The translations under genes and the position numbers were made by a program. 64,000 nucleotides of DNA. Origin: a virus. Taxonomy: Duplodnaviria; Caudoviricetes. The stretch is from the IMG/VR virus record IMGVR_UViG_3300048502_000142, positions 1 through 64,000 of that record, one strand, 5' to 3'. A model generated the notes under the pieces. The model did not search any database and was not told where the DNA came from. It worked only from the letters and a program-made list of their open reading frames with translations. How positions within the stretch are numbered: position 1 is the stretch's first letter; every line of letters starts with the position of its first letter. Of this stretch, positions 1 to 10,400 are shown in pieces.

Positions 1-25
1 AAGCAGTGGTATCAACGCAGAGTAC
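1..25 (+). other. Untrimmed amplification/template-switch adapter (SMART / PacBio ultra-low-input type)
   Basis: Exact AAGCAGTGGTATCAACGCAGAGTAC at the window start; it interrupts a transposase ORF. Confidence 0.97.
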
Positions 26-651
26 TTCGAGAGATTGCTGCGCTCGACGTAGGACGTGCTGACATGCGCCTTGTCGGGGTTGCCGGTCACGGCCTCCTTG
101 CGCGCTCCGACGCACTGCGCCGGGCTATAGCGGCCCTTGAAGGCTTCCGGGGCCTCGCCGTACAGCTTGACGAGCTGGGCATAGTCCACGTCGTCGCCGA
201 ACGCTTCCTCGACGGCATTGAGATATGCCTTGTGACCGTCCGTCGTGAGCTGGACGCGATTGGTGATCCGCTGCCGCAGATCGTCCATGAACGCCAGTGC
301 GTATTCCCCGTCACGGCCGCCGACCATGTAGCTGATCATGAGTTTGCTGGACGCCTCTAAAGCCGTCCACGTCCACACGTCCCCTGCGCCTTCCGGAGCG
401 GCCTTAGCCGATTTTACGTTGCGCTGCTTGCTGTAGCAGAACGCCCAGATCTCATCGCACTGGACGCGCGTGGCTTTGACGCCGCGTACCGTTTCATCGT
501 AATACGCGGCGCAAGCCTGCCCGGCATCGACCAGAAGCTTCGTGACCGTGTTGAGAGATACGCCCGTAACCCGCGTGATGGCTCGCATGGACGAACCCTC
601 GCAGAGCAGCGAGAGGATTTGGGTGCGGGTCGCGAGGTCGAGCTTGTTCAT
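26..651 (-). CDS. IS1-family DDE transposase, 3' end cut off by the adapter
   Basis: Hand translation (absent from the ORF track because it has no stop): MNKLDLATRTQILSLLCEGSSMRAITRVTGVSLNTV (HTH)...VQCDEIWAF...WTWTA...QLTTDGHKAY...STSYVERSNL. Confidence 0.9.
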
Positions 652-754
652 GGCGAGGATCATACCTCACCATGCTTTTACGCTCAAGCAAAAAATCAGT
701 TTGAATTAAGTTCCGGAATGAGACTCGGCAGCTTCTTTCCGGTCTTGCAGATAG

Positions 755-1261
755 CTAAACTTCGTCGCTGCGCTGTTTTTCCGCGTCTGTGGGCGCAGCG
801 TCGGGCGATCCTCCTGCTCCCGGAGAATCCTCTCCATCTGCCGCCGCACTTCCTCGTTTGTCGGCTTGCTCATGATCGCCCACGGCCTCCTCGCCATCTT
901 CGCCTTCAATCTTACCGGACAACATCATGAAATACCAGTCGGTTCCTTCGCCCATGGGATATCTTGCAAAAGAACCCAGAGCGGAAACAAGCTTCTTTTC
1001 TTCGTCATTCGCTGTTCTGACAACCTTGAATAGTCTTTCCGCTTCGCGCTGGTCGATATCTCGCCTCTCTTCGGCGCTAAGCTTGTCGGCCCGCGCCCGT
1101 CCCCCTTTTTGACCGCCAAGTCGCCCGAGTGCAACGGCGGCGGCATTCTTGCCGGTTTCCGGGTCAATGGGCGAATCGCTCGCTTCCCCCGTGGCAATAT
1201 CCACGATAAGTTTTGCGAGCTGGTTAACGTCCGTTGGACGCTTGCTTGAGCGAGTAGGCAT
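755..1261 (-). CDS. Small basic IS-associated protein, apparently fused to an unrelated ORF remnant
   Basis: KRPTDVNQLAKLIVDIATGE...KNAAAVALGRLGGQKGGRARADKLSAEERRDI; the sequence changes character near 1055. Confidence 0.6.
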   Translation of the reverse strand: MPTRSSKRPTDVNQLAKLIVDIATGEASDSPIDPETGKNAAAVALGRLGGQKGGRARADKLSAEERRDIDQREAERLFKVVRTANDEEKKLVSALGSFARYPMGEGTDWYFMMLSGKIEGEDGEEAVGDHEQADKRGSAAADGEDSPGAGGSPDAAPTDAEKQRSDEV

Positions 1262-1296
1262 GGACGGAATGTGGCACGTGACAGGGGGAAGACGCA

Positions 1297-1527
1297 ATGC
1301 GCGCGATCATCAGATTTTCACTCAACGGCGATAACGGCTCGCTGACCACGACACTCGGGAACAAGCTGATCGCTCATGGATTCACCAAGACAGGAACGGG
1401 AAAATACGAGCACTCCTCCGCGACGGTCAGCGACATAAGGGCGGCGTCGCGAGAATTCTGGAAAGCGCTATCGGGACACACGGGGACCGCATCGCTTGAT
1501 CATTTTTGGATGTACGCCGATGCGTAG
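1297..1527 (+). CDS. Hypothetical IS passenger protein
   Basis: 76-aa ORF with AGGGGG RBS, ending just before the IS end. Confidence 0.6.
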   Translation: MRAIIRFSLNGDNGSLTTTLGNKLIAHGFTKTGTGKYEHSSATVSDIRAASREFWKALSGHTGTASLDHFWMYADA

Positions 1528-1744
1528 ACCGGCAGAAATTTCAAACTGAGGCAGTACCCTCCCATCCCGGACACGCGAACGGATTGGGAACGAGGGAAGC
1601 CGCCCGGCTACGCGCGCTGCGGTCGACGCGGCTAGCGAGCGCAGCGCCGACTACGTCATTTTCGACAGGGATACACCGGTGCTGACCGGCCTCCCCCATT
1701 GGAACGATTGAGCCCAACCACCGACACCAAACAGGAGACCCGCC

Positions 1745-2101
1745 ATGCTGACCCGTTACACCGTCTACCGTCCCGGCGCCGACCCCCAACATGGCGAAAT
1801 CGACTGGCCCGAGGATCCCGGCTACGACCGGATCAAGGCGCTGGTCGTGCCCTTGCTCGACGGCGCCGACCCTGAGCACCTCCATGTCCTCGCGCCGGAC
1901 AGGGTCGGCGCGGCCGAGCTGACCGAAGCCGACGACTGGGACATGTTCGTCGATGAGAACGGAATCTGGAAGAACCTCGACGAAAACAGGGCCGCGACCA
2001 AGATCTATCACGGCGCGTCCCGGCACCGCGGCGAGACCATCATCGGCAATTACACGATTTGCGGCCCGGCCGTGCTGATCCGACGCACGGTCTGGTTCTG
2101 A
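1745..2101 (+). CDS. Hypothetical phage protein
   Basis: AGGAG RBS, good GC3 bias, DMFVDENG...N motif. Confidence 0.75.
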   Translation: MLTRYTVYRPGADPQHGEIDWPEDPGYDRIKALVVPLLDGADPEHLHVLAPDRVGAAELTEADDWDMFVDENGIWKNLDENRAATKIYHGASRHRGETIIGNYTICGPAVLIRRTVWF

Positions 2102-2421
2102 TGGCCGCCGCGCTAGTCAAGATCCGGCGGCCCGAGGTAACGGCCTGGATACGGGGACCTGAGATAGATGCCACGGTGATGGCTTTTGCCGCAGTCATTA
2201 TGGAGCGGCAAAACATCGACGTCGTGTTCTTCTGGGACAGACCTCTATACCGGGTCGACATCTATCTTTGTGGCGCACCGGCCTGCGAGCATACCGTCGC
2301 GGCGGTCGGCGAGATCAGGCCGATTGGGCTGATGCTAACCTATTCCGACGCGCCGTGGTGCCGTCGCGTCGGGCTCGAGTTGTGCTACCTCTGGCAGCGG
2401 ATGCACCATCGGCGCAGCTAG
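2101..2421 (+). CDS. Hypothetical protein
   Basis: ATG coupled to the upstream stop (TGATG). Confidence 0.5.
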   Translation: MAAALVKIRRPEVTAWIRGPEIDATVMAFAAVIMERQNIDVVFFWDRPLYRVDIYLCGAPACEHTVAAVGEIRPIGLMLTYSDAPWCRRVGLELCYLWQRMHHRRS

Positions 2422-4238
2422 CGGGCGCGGGCGAACCGGTTGCGGGCGACGGTAGCCATCCTATTACGGCCGGGACCGGCGCCACCCGTGAGCCGCTGCA
2501 ATACCTCCGGCGAGGGGTCGAAGTGCGCGGCCATCGGCGCGAACTTAATCATCACCGAGTCGCCGAGGTCCGGCGATTTGATACCGTCCGGGGCCTTGTC
2601 GATCGCGATCTTTCCCGAGCCGTCCAGGGACCACGTTACCTGCGCTAGCTGGTTCGCCAGCTTCGTGAAGACGTCGGCGGGGATCCCAGACGAGATCGAT
2701 ATGATCCTGTCCGGCGGGCAGGGCTTCCCCTCCGTAACCCAGCGGTGCGTCAGCATGAAGCGCGTGCGGAGACCCCACCACCCCTGCGACTTCCGGTTCT
2801 TGAAGAAGTCCTTGTTCGTCCGCCCCTTGACGTCCTGCCCCTCGGGGTTGTAGACGGCGGCCGAGCCGACGAACGGCGTCAGCGCGATGCGCGGCTGCAT
2901 CTGCTTCTTGCGGCGCTCGTTTATTACACGCCCGTCGCCCGAGACGGCCGCGCCAGGGCCACCAGCGTCGTACCGCATCTCCGTCACGCCGTGCTCGTCA
3001 CAGACCAGGAAGGCGCGTTCGACGGTCGCGAACGGGTCGCTCCCCTTGCCCGACCATTCCTCGACGTGCTCGACCAGTATTCCGGTGCCTAGCGAGATGG
3101 CGTTCAGGTCCACGCCGCCGTCCGCGACGTCTAGAGCCGCTCCCCGGCGCCCAGTCGCTACGATCCCCAGCCTGACGTGCGCGTCCCGCGCCGACTGCAC
3201 CCACTCCTGCGGGATGATAATGCCGTCGGCCGAGGCCGTGTAGTCGATGTCGATCTCCTGCGCGATGATCACCGGGTCGACGATGTTCTCTACCTGCTTC
3301 TGTCGCCACTCCGACCCCTTGCGTGGGTCCTGGAGGTAGGAGAACGTGAAAACCTCGACGCGCCCGGAGTGACGCAGCTCGGCGAAGGGGTTCGCCATGC
3401 CGGCGGGCGTCGAGATGTCCTGGCGGCAGTTCGTCGTCTGCGAGAGCGCGGCGTCGACGAGCTTAGGGTGCTTCAGCTTCGCCGTCTCATCGACGAAGTA
3501 AATGGAATTTCTGCCCCCGCGACCGATCTCGTCGCCACCTTCGCCGACGATAACGGATCCCGTCGCCGGGAACTTGATGCGGAACTCCGGGGCGTCCCGC
3601 TCCGTCCAGCCGGCGCGGAACTCAGCCGGCAGGTTGCGCATGAAGATCCGGGCCTTCTCGAACAGGCTCTTCGGGTCGCCGATCGCGTCTACGTCGCGCG
3701 CCAGCTTCGAGCCGAACCCGATGGCGGCGCCGAAATTGAAGATGCACAACTGACACGACAACGAGACCGCGAGCCATGAGACCCCACACTCGCGCGACTT
3801 GTCGGTCAGGCCGCGCTCGCGGGCCCGCCACTTGCGCAGGATGTAGTCGATCCACTCGCGCTGCCGCGGGAACGGCACGAACGGAATGAAGGGATCAAGC
3901 CCGATGTCGAGATTGCGGGGGTCAAAGGTGACACCCCAGTCTGCTATGAAGTCCGCGTGGGCGTGACGGTAGTACTGCCTGAAGCGTTCGAGGAGCCGGC
4001 GGTCCGCCCGCAATTCTCCTAACAGCGCGTCCCGCTGCTCGAACACCGCATCGTAGTCGGGGTTCTTCCAGTCGAAGTTCACGATCGCCGGCAGCGGCGG
4101 GAGCGGGCGCGGGATCGGTCCCTCATCCCGCTGGCGAGAGGTCATAGGAGACACTGTCCTCCCCTCCCTCTGTCGGGCAACCCCGAGGGCGAAGAGCTTC
4201 AGCTTCTGTTCGTAGTTGAGCGAGGAGAAGTCGGACAT
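2418..4238 (-). CDS. terL: Terminase large subunit
   Basis: PFPRQ adenine motif, DKSRECGVSW Walker A, YFVDE Walker B, ISTP coupling motif, ALDVADGGVD and SPDLGDS nuclease motifs. Confidence 0.93.
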   Translation of the reverse strand: MSDFSSLNYEQKLKLFALGVARQREGRTVSPMTSRQRDEGPIPRPLPPLPAIVNFDWKNPDYDAVFEQRDALLGELRADRRLLERFRQYYRHAHADFIADWGVTFDPRNLDIGLDPFIPFVPFPRQREWIDYILRKWRARERGLTDKSRECGVSWLAVSLSCQLCIFNFGAAIGFGSKLARDVDAIGDPKSLFEKARIFMRNLPAEFRAGWTERDAPEFRIKFPATGSVIVGEGGDEIGRGGRNSIYFVDETAKLKHPKLVDAALSQTTNCRQDISTPAGMANPFAELRHSGRVEVFTFSYLQDPRKGSEWRQKQVENIVDPVIIAQEIDIDYTASADGIIIPQEWVQSARDAHVRLGIVATGRRGAALDVADGGVDLNAISLGTGILVEHVEEWSGKGSDPFATVERAFLVCDEHGVTEMRYDAGGPGAAVSGDGRVINERRKKQMQPRIALTPFVGSAAVYNPEGQDVKGRTNKDFFKNRKSQGWWGLRTRFMLTHRWVTEGKPCPPDRIISISSGIPADVFTKLANQLAQVTWSLDGSGKIAIDKAPDGIKSPDLGDSVMIKFAPMAAHFDPSPEVLQRLTGGAGPGRNRMATVARNRFARAR

Positions 4239-4542
4239 TTAGACCGGGATAGCGGAAACGGGAAGAGGGACGGCCCGGAGGACGTCCCTCTATGTCGACG
4301 GAGAGGCCGGAATTTTCGACGCCTAGAGGGGTCTAGCGGCCTCCGGGCAGCATACCTACCCGGAGGGGCGATTTACCCGCTAGGGACCCTAGGGCAGCCA
4401 TCCGACGTCATCCGCCGCTTGAATGTCCGTGCCGCACGCAGTAGCAGCACGGACTAGCGGGAGGCAGTTCACGCGACGAGCGCGCTGAGCGTCGGCTTAC
4501 GATCCTGGCTGCGGAACCGTTCGGTTTCCCGCCGGACGGCGG

Positions 4543-5010
4543 CTACAGACCGGTGACGGACGAGACCAGGGCGAACACGTCCGGCAGCAGCGGGGCGGCG
4601 TCGGCCAGGCTCGGCTTCTCGGCCAAGGTCGCGAAGGCCTGCACGAGCTTGACGAGGGCAGGCGACGCCGAGACGGACGTCAGCTCCCCCTCGACGAATG
4701 CCTTCGCCTCCTCCTCGCCGTCCTCCTCGATCTTCTCGACGAGCTGCGAGGCGAAGGACGACCAGTCGAACGTCGAGAGAGACGGCCCGGACAGGTCGGA
4801 GACGACCTTGAGGAGGTCCGGGAGATCCGCCTCGGCGGCCGACGCGGAGGGCTTCGCCGCGAGCGACACGACGTCCCGGTAGAGCTGGAGGGCAGCCGCC
4901 TGGGCGCCGGGTCCGAACTTGTCGGCGACAAAGGTCTTCACCGCGTCCTCGCTGTCCGTCTCCGCGACGGAGACGAGTTCCGCACCGATGGACTTCCAAT
5001 CGATCGTCAT
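4543..5010 (-). CDS. Hypothetical acidic protein with an internal two-fold repeat
   Basis: GAGGA RBS; DWKSIG...KPSASAAE repeats as DWSSFA...KPSLADAA. Confidence 0.7.
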   Translation of the reverse strand: MTIDWKSIGAELVSVAETDSEDAVKTFVADKFGPGAQAAALQLYRDVVSLAAKPSASAAEADLPDLLKVVSDLSGPSLSTFDWSSFASQLVEKIEEDGEEEAKAFVEGELTSVSASPALVKLVQAFATLAEKPSLADAAPLLPDVFALVSSVTGL

Positions 5011-5067
5011 GCTTCGTTCCTCTTTCCAGAATGGGGAATGCGGGACGACCCGCGGGGATTATATACG

Positions 5068-5583
5068 CTACCGGTCGAGCGAGAGGTACTCCCGCGCCCG
5101 CGACAGGCGCGAGCGGACGGTGCCGATCGGAATCCCGAACCGCGCGGCGAGTTCGCCGGAGGTGCCACCACCCGCGACCCGCATCACGATCTCGAAGTCG
5201 CCAGGGCGGTTGACGTAGAGATTTTCCAACACTTCGTCGAGTTCGATGCGGGTAAGCGCGTCCCGGGCACCGTCAGACCCGACGAGAAACTCATCGAAGT
5301 TGTCCGGGAGCCCGCAGATCACGGCGCGGGCTCGGCGACCCTTCCTCACGGAATTGATGTGGAGGTTGTGCATGATCGTCATGAGCCACGCCCTGGCGTT
5401 GCTGCCGGGCACGTACTGCTCGGCGCAGCGGAGAGCCCGCGCGAACGTGTCCTGCACGAGGTCCTCGGCGTCCGCGCCGCGCCGGAGGACGGTCGCGTAG
5501 CGGTGCAGGATCGACGCGATGTGCGGATCGACGATCGCGAGGCGGCCCTCGGTCGCCGCCGGGGACGGCCCGTCGAGCGGCAT
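5068..5583 (-). CDS. ECF-type RNA polymerase sigma factor
   Basis: DAEDLVQDTFARA...NARAWLMTIMHNLHIN (region 2); ELAARFGIPIGTVRSRLSRAR (region 4). Confidence 0.9.
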   Translation of the reverse strand: MPLDGPSPAATEGRLAIVDPHIASILHRYATVLRRGADAEDLVQDTFARALRCAEQYVPGSNARAWLMTIMHNLHINSVRKGRRARAVICGLPDNFDEFLVGSDGARDALTRIELDEVLENLYVNRPGDFEIVMRVAGGGTSGELAARFGIPIGTVRSRLSRAREYLSLDR

Positions 5584-5855
5584 CAGGTGCGCCTCCGGAA
5601 GGCGGGCGCCGAGGAGGGCAAGACGGCGAGCCCCGCTTTGCGCCTCGCGCGGACGTCCCGCAGCGCGCCGGCCACCGCCTCCCGCATCGTCTTCCCCCGA
5701 GCGTACTCGGTGGTCCTCGACATCGCTCCTCCGCCGGTCCACCACAGATTGCACTGCCACGCCCCGTTCGCTCCCTGGAAGATATTGTTCACCCTCCACC
5801 CGAGACCGACGATCTCGTCGACGATGTCCTCTATAGGACGCCTCTCTTCCGCCAT
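5583..5855 (-). CDS. Hypothetical protein
   Basis: Translationally coupled to the sigma gene; MAEERRPIED... Confidence 0.6.
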   Translation of the reverse strand: MAEERRPIEDIVDEIVGLGWRVNNIFQGANGAWQCNLWWTGGGAMSRTTEYARGKTMREAVAGALRDVRARRKAGLAVLPSSAPAFRRRT

Positions 5856-5889
5856 CGTTTCGTACCCCCGGATGCGCCGCCTACACCCA

Positions 5890-6762
5890 CTATGTACGCC
5901 GCTCACCGCCGCCGGGAGCGGGCGTCACGTCGATCATCTTGTCGACGTCGTCCTGGTTGAACAACCTCTTGCGCTGCATATCCTGGAGGAGCGCCTCTAG
6001 CTGCTCGGGGGAAACGTCCTCGGGGTCGATCCGCAGGAGGGGGCGCACAGGGCGGCGTAGGCCGGTCAGCGTCTCGTAATTTAGCCTGGCGGCGTCGCGG
6101 TCGCGCCACTTCAGCTCGATGGAGCCGTCACGGTTGACCTTATATCCGTTAAAGAGCATCCGCTCGGCCGGCGACATGCGGCGGACGTCCGGCTTGACGA
6201 AGCGAAAGATCCCCTCGCCGTGGCAGCGCGGGCACTCCGGGTGCGGCGCCGCCGTCCGGTCGTAGCCGGGACCGCCCCCCTCATCGAACGGGACGCGGTC
6301 CTTCTCCTTCATCTTCATCATCTTCGCGAGATGGTCGCGCAGGGCGTGGCGGAACTCCACGTCGTCGTAGTGGTGCTCGTGATCGATCCCGTGACAGTGC
6401 CGGCAGGCGCCGACCTTCAACGTATCGAGGTGATCGGCGGTCAGGTCGACCGCGGCCATCCCGCTCCAGTAGACCCCCTGCTGGGCGCCCTCGGAACCTA
6501 TGCGCTCCTGCCGCTGGCGGAGGACGAACAGCACCGCGCGCAGGACCTTCGGATCCTGGAGGAGCCGGTGCGCGACGACCGCCGCCGACCCCGTGGCGTA
6601 GCCGGCCTCCTTGGCCGCGGCGGCCCCATTGAACCTCGTGGAGAACTCGGCGACGAAGATCGCCTGCTGGGGGTCGAGCCAGTCGTCCCCGATGCGAACC
6701 ATGCCGTCGTCGCGCGGGCTCTTGCCCGGGTCCGGCGTCCGCCGCTTGAAGCCGTATCCCAC
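5890..6762 (-). CDS. terS: Terminase small subunit with Zn-binding insertion
   Basis: QQAIFVAEF...NGAAAAKEAGY...AHRLLQDPKV HTH; CRHC...CPRC; near terL. Confidence 0.85.
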   Translation of the reverse strand: MGYGFKRRTPDPGKSPRDDGMVRIGDDWLDPQQAIFVAEFSTRFNGAAAAKEAGYATGSAAVVAHRLLQDPKVLRAVLFVLRQRQERIGSEGAQQGVYWSGMAAVDLTADHLDTLKVGACRHCHGIDHEHHYDDVEFRHALRDHLAKMMKMKEKDRVPFDEGGGPGYDRTAAPHPECPRCHGEGIFRFVKPDVRRMSPAERMLFNGYKVNRDGSIELKWRDRDAARLNYETLTGLRRPVRPLLRIDPEDVSPEQLEALLQDMQRKRLFNQDDVDKMIDVTPAPGGGERRT

Positions 6763-6765
6763 CGG

Positions 6766-7278
6766 TCAGACCTCCGTCAGGTCCCCGTAGTCGAACCGGA
6801 CGACCTGGTCCCGGTTCAGGAAGCTCAGGCGCACCATCACGCGCTGGTCCTTCGTCAGGGAGTCCACGATCCCCTCGAACTCGACGAAGCAATTCCTGGC
6901 GTTCGTGATCCGGACCCGCGCGCCGGGCCGCAGGACAGGCGTATCCACAAGACGCTGGCGAAGGTCGAGCATCGTGGCCTCGGACACGGGCAGTGGCTTC
7001 GGCGAGAGTTGGTTACGATCGGTCAGGAGACGGATAACGCCGGGCGTGCTGTTTATCGAGTCCCATGGTTGCCCCTCGCCAAGATTGACGAACACGTAGC
7101 CGGGGAACAAGGGGATCTCCCTGAACTCGGGGGGCGGCCTCCCGGGCAGGGGCGCCCGGTACGTCGGGCAGAATGCCTCGAACTTCTCCACCCCGTTCAT
7201 CCTCGGCCACCGCATCCCGAGGCTGTCGACGACGCGCTCCTCTTGCCCCACGTACGTGTGAACGCACGACCACCCCAT
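6766..7278 (-). CDS. NusG-family transcription antiterminator
   Basis: W..VHT..GQE, PLFPGYVFV, INSTPGVIRLL (NGN domain); C-terminal KOW with FEGIV. Confidence 0.9.
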   Translation of the reverse strand: MGWSCVHTYVGQEERVVDSLGMRWPRMNGVEKFEAFCPTYRAPLPGRPPPEFREIPLFPGYVFVNLGEGQPWDSINSTPGVIRLLTDRNQLSPKPLPVSEATMLDLRQRLVDTPVLRPGARVRITNARNCFVEFEGIVDSLTKDQRVMVRLSFLNRDQVVRFDYGDLTEV

Positions 7279-7352
7279 CGAGATCCTCCCGGACGCGCCG
7301 AATAGCTGCCGCAGACCGCCACCCTAAGGACTGACGACGGTCCGCGACGAAC

Positions 7353-7428
7353 TGGAGCCGAATGCGAGGATTCGAACCCGCGACCCGTCCCTTACAAAGG
7401 GACCGCTCTACCGCTGAGCTAAATCGGC
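7353..7428 (-). tRNA. tRNA-Thr(UGU)
   Basis: GCCGATTTAGCTCAGCGGTAGAGCG-GTCCC-TTTGTAA-GGGAC...GGTTCGAATCC...TTCGGCTCCA; cloverleaf with encoded CCA. Confidence 0.92.
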
Positions 7429-7483
7429 CTTAGACAAGCCCCCATTCTATCGCAAACGGGGAGGACCGCAAGGTGCGAGCAAC

Positions 7484-10400
7484 TCACCCGCAGGAGGAAT
7501 ACCCGCAGCTCTTGCAGACCCGGCACCCCTCCTCGATCACAAGCGCGGGCGCCTCGCACTTCGGGCACGCGGAACCGCCGACCGCCTCCACCGTCGCGCC
7601 GGCCGGAAGCGGGGCGGACGCTCCCTCCGATCGCCCCAGGTGGTGCCGCAGGGTCGCGCCCACCAGCGCCGGCAGAGAGGTGTGGAACATCGGCTTCGGC
7701 GACCCCGCCGTCTTGACGATCGCGCCGCCGGCCGGGTCGAACACGTTGAGCAACTCCTCGACGACCAGCGTATAGTCGCCCCGCCTTAGGTTCGCGCTCG
7801 CCAGCCGCGTGAGCGCCGACCACCACGCGTGGTGCGTGACGTTGCTGCTCGTCATGAAGATCTCGAACGGCTTCCCGTCCGGCCCGTCGTTCACTGTCAG
7901 GTAGATCGTCTCCATGACGGAGTCCCCGCCGGGCAGCGGGCGCGGCCACTTGAGCTTGTAGGTCAGCCCCGGCAACTCGTCCGGGCGCCGCGGAACCCCG
8001 TAGGTGATCGGCGCTGCGCCTTCCGGCATCGGAACCGACAACTTCGGGTTCGGGACGAGCGTGCTCTTGCCGACCTCGGATTCCGGCTTCTTCCCTTCGA
8101 CGATCGGTGTGAGCACGGCCCCGCGGATGCCGCTCGGCCGGTACGTCGTGCACCCCTTGCAGCCACGGGCGTAGGCTTCGGAGTAGACGGCCTTGAAATC
8201 CTCGAAACTCGTCTCCGCCGGTAGGTTTATCGTTTTGCTCACTGCCGAATCGCACCACTTCTGCGCAATCGCGAGCGTCGCAAGATGTGCCTCAACCGGA
8301 AGGTCCTGCGCGGTCACGAATAGTCGTTTCTCTTCCGCCTCGTCCAAACGCTTGCCGATCGTATGCCGCTTCTCCCACGCCCAGTCGTAGACCTCCATCG
8401 TCGACCGGCTGCCGTCCGGCTCTATAAATTTGCGCTCGGCGCCGAGCGAGAAGATCGGCTCAATGCCGGACGAGACGTTGCCAGCAAACATGCTAATCGT
8501 GCCGGTCGGCGCAATCGACAGGACGTGCGAGTTGCGGAGGCCGTGCGCAGCTACCAACGATAGCGTGCGCGCCGACAGTTTCTTCAGCATGTGCAAATTG
8601 AACTTGTCCGGAGCGTAGAGCGGGAATACCCCGCGGTCCCTCGCTAACTCAGCACTGCGAGCATACGCGGCGTCGGCAATCGCCTCTAGCCATGTATCCG
8701 TCGCCTCAAGTGCCTCCTTCGATCCATAAACATAACCGCACATAGCGAGCGCGTCGGCGAGTCCGGTCACACCGAGCCCGACGCGACGCTTGTTCGTCGA
8801 CTCCTGTCGCTGCGCCTCTAGCGGATAACCGGAAGTCTCGACGACGTTATCTAGGAAGTCGATCGCCGTCCCGACAAGTGCTCGCAAATCAGCAGTATCG
8901 ATCCAAGCCGACACGGTAAAAGGCGACTGAACTAGAGCTGCGAGGTTGATCGAACCTAGGCAGCAGGCGCCATAAGGAGGCAGGGGCTGTTCGCCACATG
9001 GGTTAGTTTGCGACAGAGTTTCACAGTAATTTATATTGTTAAGCGCATTTAATCGATCGACGAAAATTACTCCAGGTTCGGCGTATTCGTAAGTTGATCG
9101 CATAATCAGATCCCACAATTCGCGGGCCTTTAACGTCTTCCGTACCGCGCCCTCCCAGACAAGATCCCAACTCTCTCCGGCCTCGATAGCATGCATAAAT
9201 GCGTCAGGAACGAGCACCGACACGTTGAAGTTCGTGAGCCTGCCGGGCTCGCGCTTCGCCCGGATAAAATCCTCGATATCGGGATGATCGGCCCGCAGGC
9301 ACGCCATCATCGCGCCGCGACGGGAATTTGATACGCTAATTCCTTCGGCTACGTACGAATGCGTATCCTCTACCTCGATATCGTAGACGTGCCGGTCCCC
9401 GACTTCCTCAATCTCCCTTATCCGTATCCCACCAAACTTCAACAACTCGGCGTCCGGAAACACATCTTGGAAAGTATGATAACCTATGTTCTGTCCCGGC
9501 ATTATCCGCCTTCTAATCAACTTGCTAGACCATTCGACACTTTTTAATGCCTCCGGCGGATACACGAAGGAGTGACTCCTGCGATTAACGTTTTCGCGGA
9601 TCTTGGATAACCACGGCCCGAACAGGGACAAGAACCGTCCCTGCCACGCCGCCCCACTAATAGATATGCTGTGCATATCCCGCCAGCCGTTAGGACGGCT
9701 CTCGCACCGATACCGACTCGGTATCCCCAAATCCATCAGGATATCCTGGACACGCTTAATCATCCCCTCGGACGCCCCGCCCAGGATCGCGCCCTTCTTG
9801 TTCGACTGCCAGGATCCGCCCCCGTCAAAGTAGCCGGCAACGAACGGTACCGGATCTACCCCGTCCGGGAATTGGATTTCGTGAGATAGGGGCTTCGCCC
9901 CCGCGAGGGCGACTAAGTTCTCCGCGTGCGGATTGTACAGGCAGATAATCGTACAGTCGCCGTCCCCAGGAACAATCTTGTATAGATACTTATTGTCATC
10001 TAATATTGACTGACACTTCTGAATGCTAACCTGTCCGAACGCCGAATTAGCAAACGATATCGACACGTGATGCAAGACAACACGTCCGTCGTCGTAGGTC
10101 CGGTACCGAGTATGTCCGTTCGCCCAGTAGTGCCCTAGGACGTAGGACAGGTCACTAGCTACGTAAGACCCTTGCATTCCCGGAAAGAAGCGCGTCGGAA
10201 AGAGACAGGTATCCCCTTCCGACATCTCACCGATAGACTTCTTAACAACCGCCCCGTCCTCATTTATAGTGTGAAAACGATGCGTAGGCGTGCAGACGAT
10301 CGAGCGCCCGTGCTCGAACGTAACCCGGATTGACCGGGCTACTCCGTTATCAAAATAACTCGTAATCTTCCGCCACCCCAGATGCGTCTTCACCCTTACC

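Larger units (their letters stand above)
26..1558 (-). mobile_element. IS1-family insertion sequence with passenger genes, truncated at the left
   Basis: IS1-type DDE transposase at 26-651; putative terminal repeat GGTACTGCCTCAGTTTGAAA (minus strand, ends at 1558). Confidence 0.7.

Noticed and set aside
1-25. Possible genome terminus, or evidence that the sequence is an RNA virus/cDNA
   Set aside because: It is a library adapter; the gene content is that of a dsDNA tailed phage
7353-7428. tRNA as a prophage attachment site
   Set aside because: Phage genes continue on both sides; no integrase and no duplicated tRNA 3' end in the window
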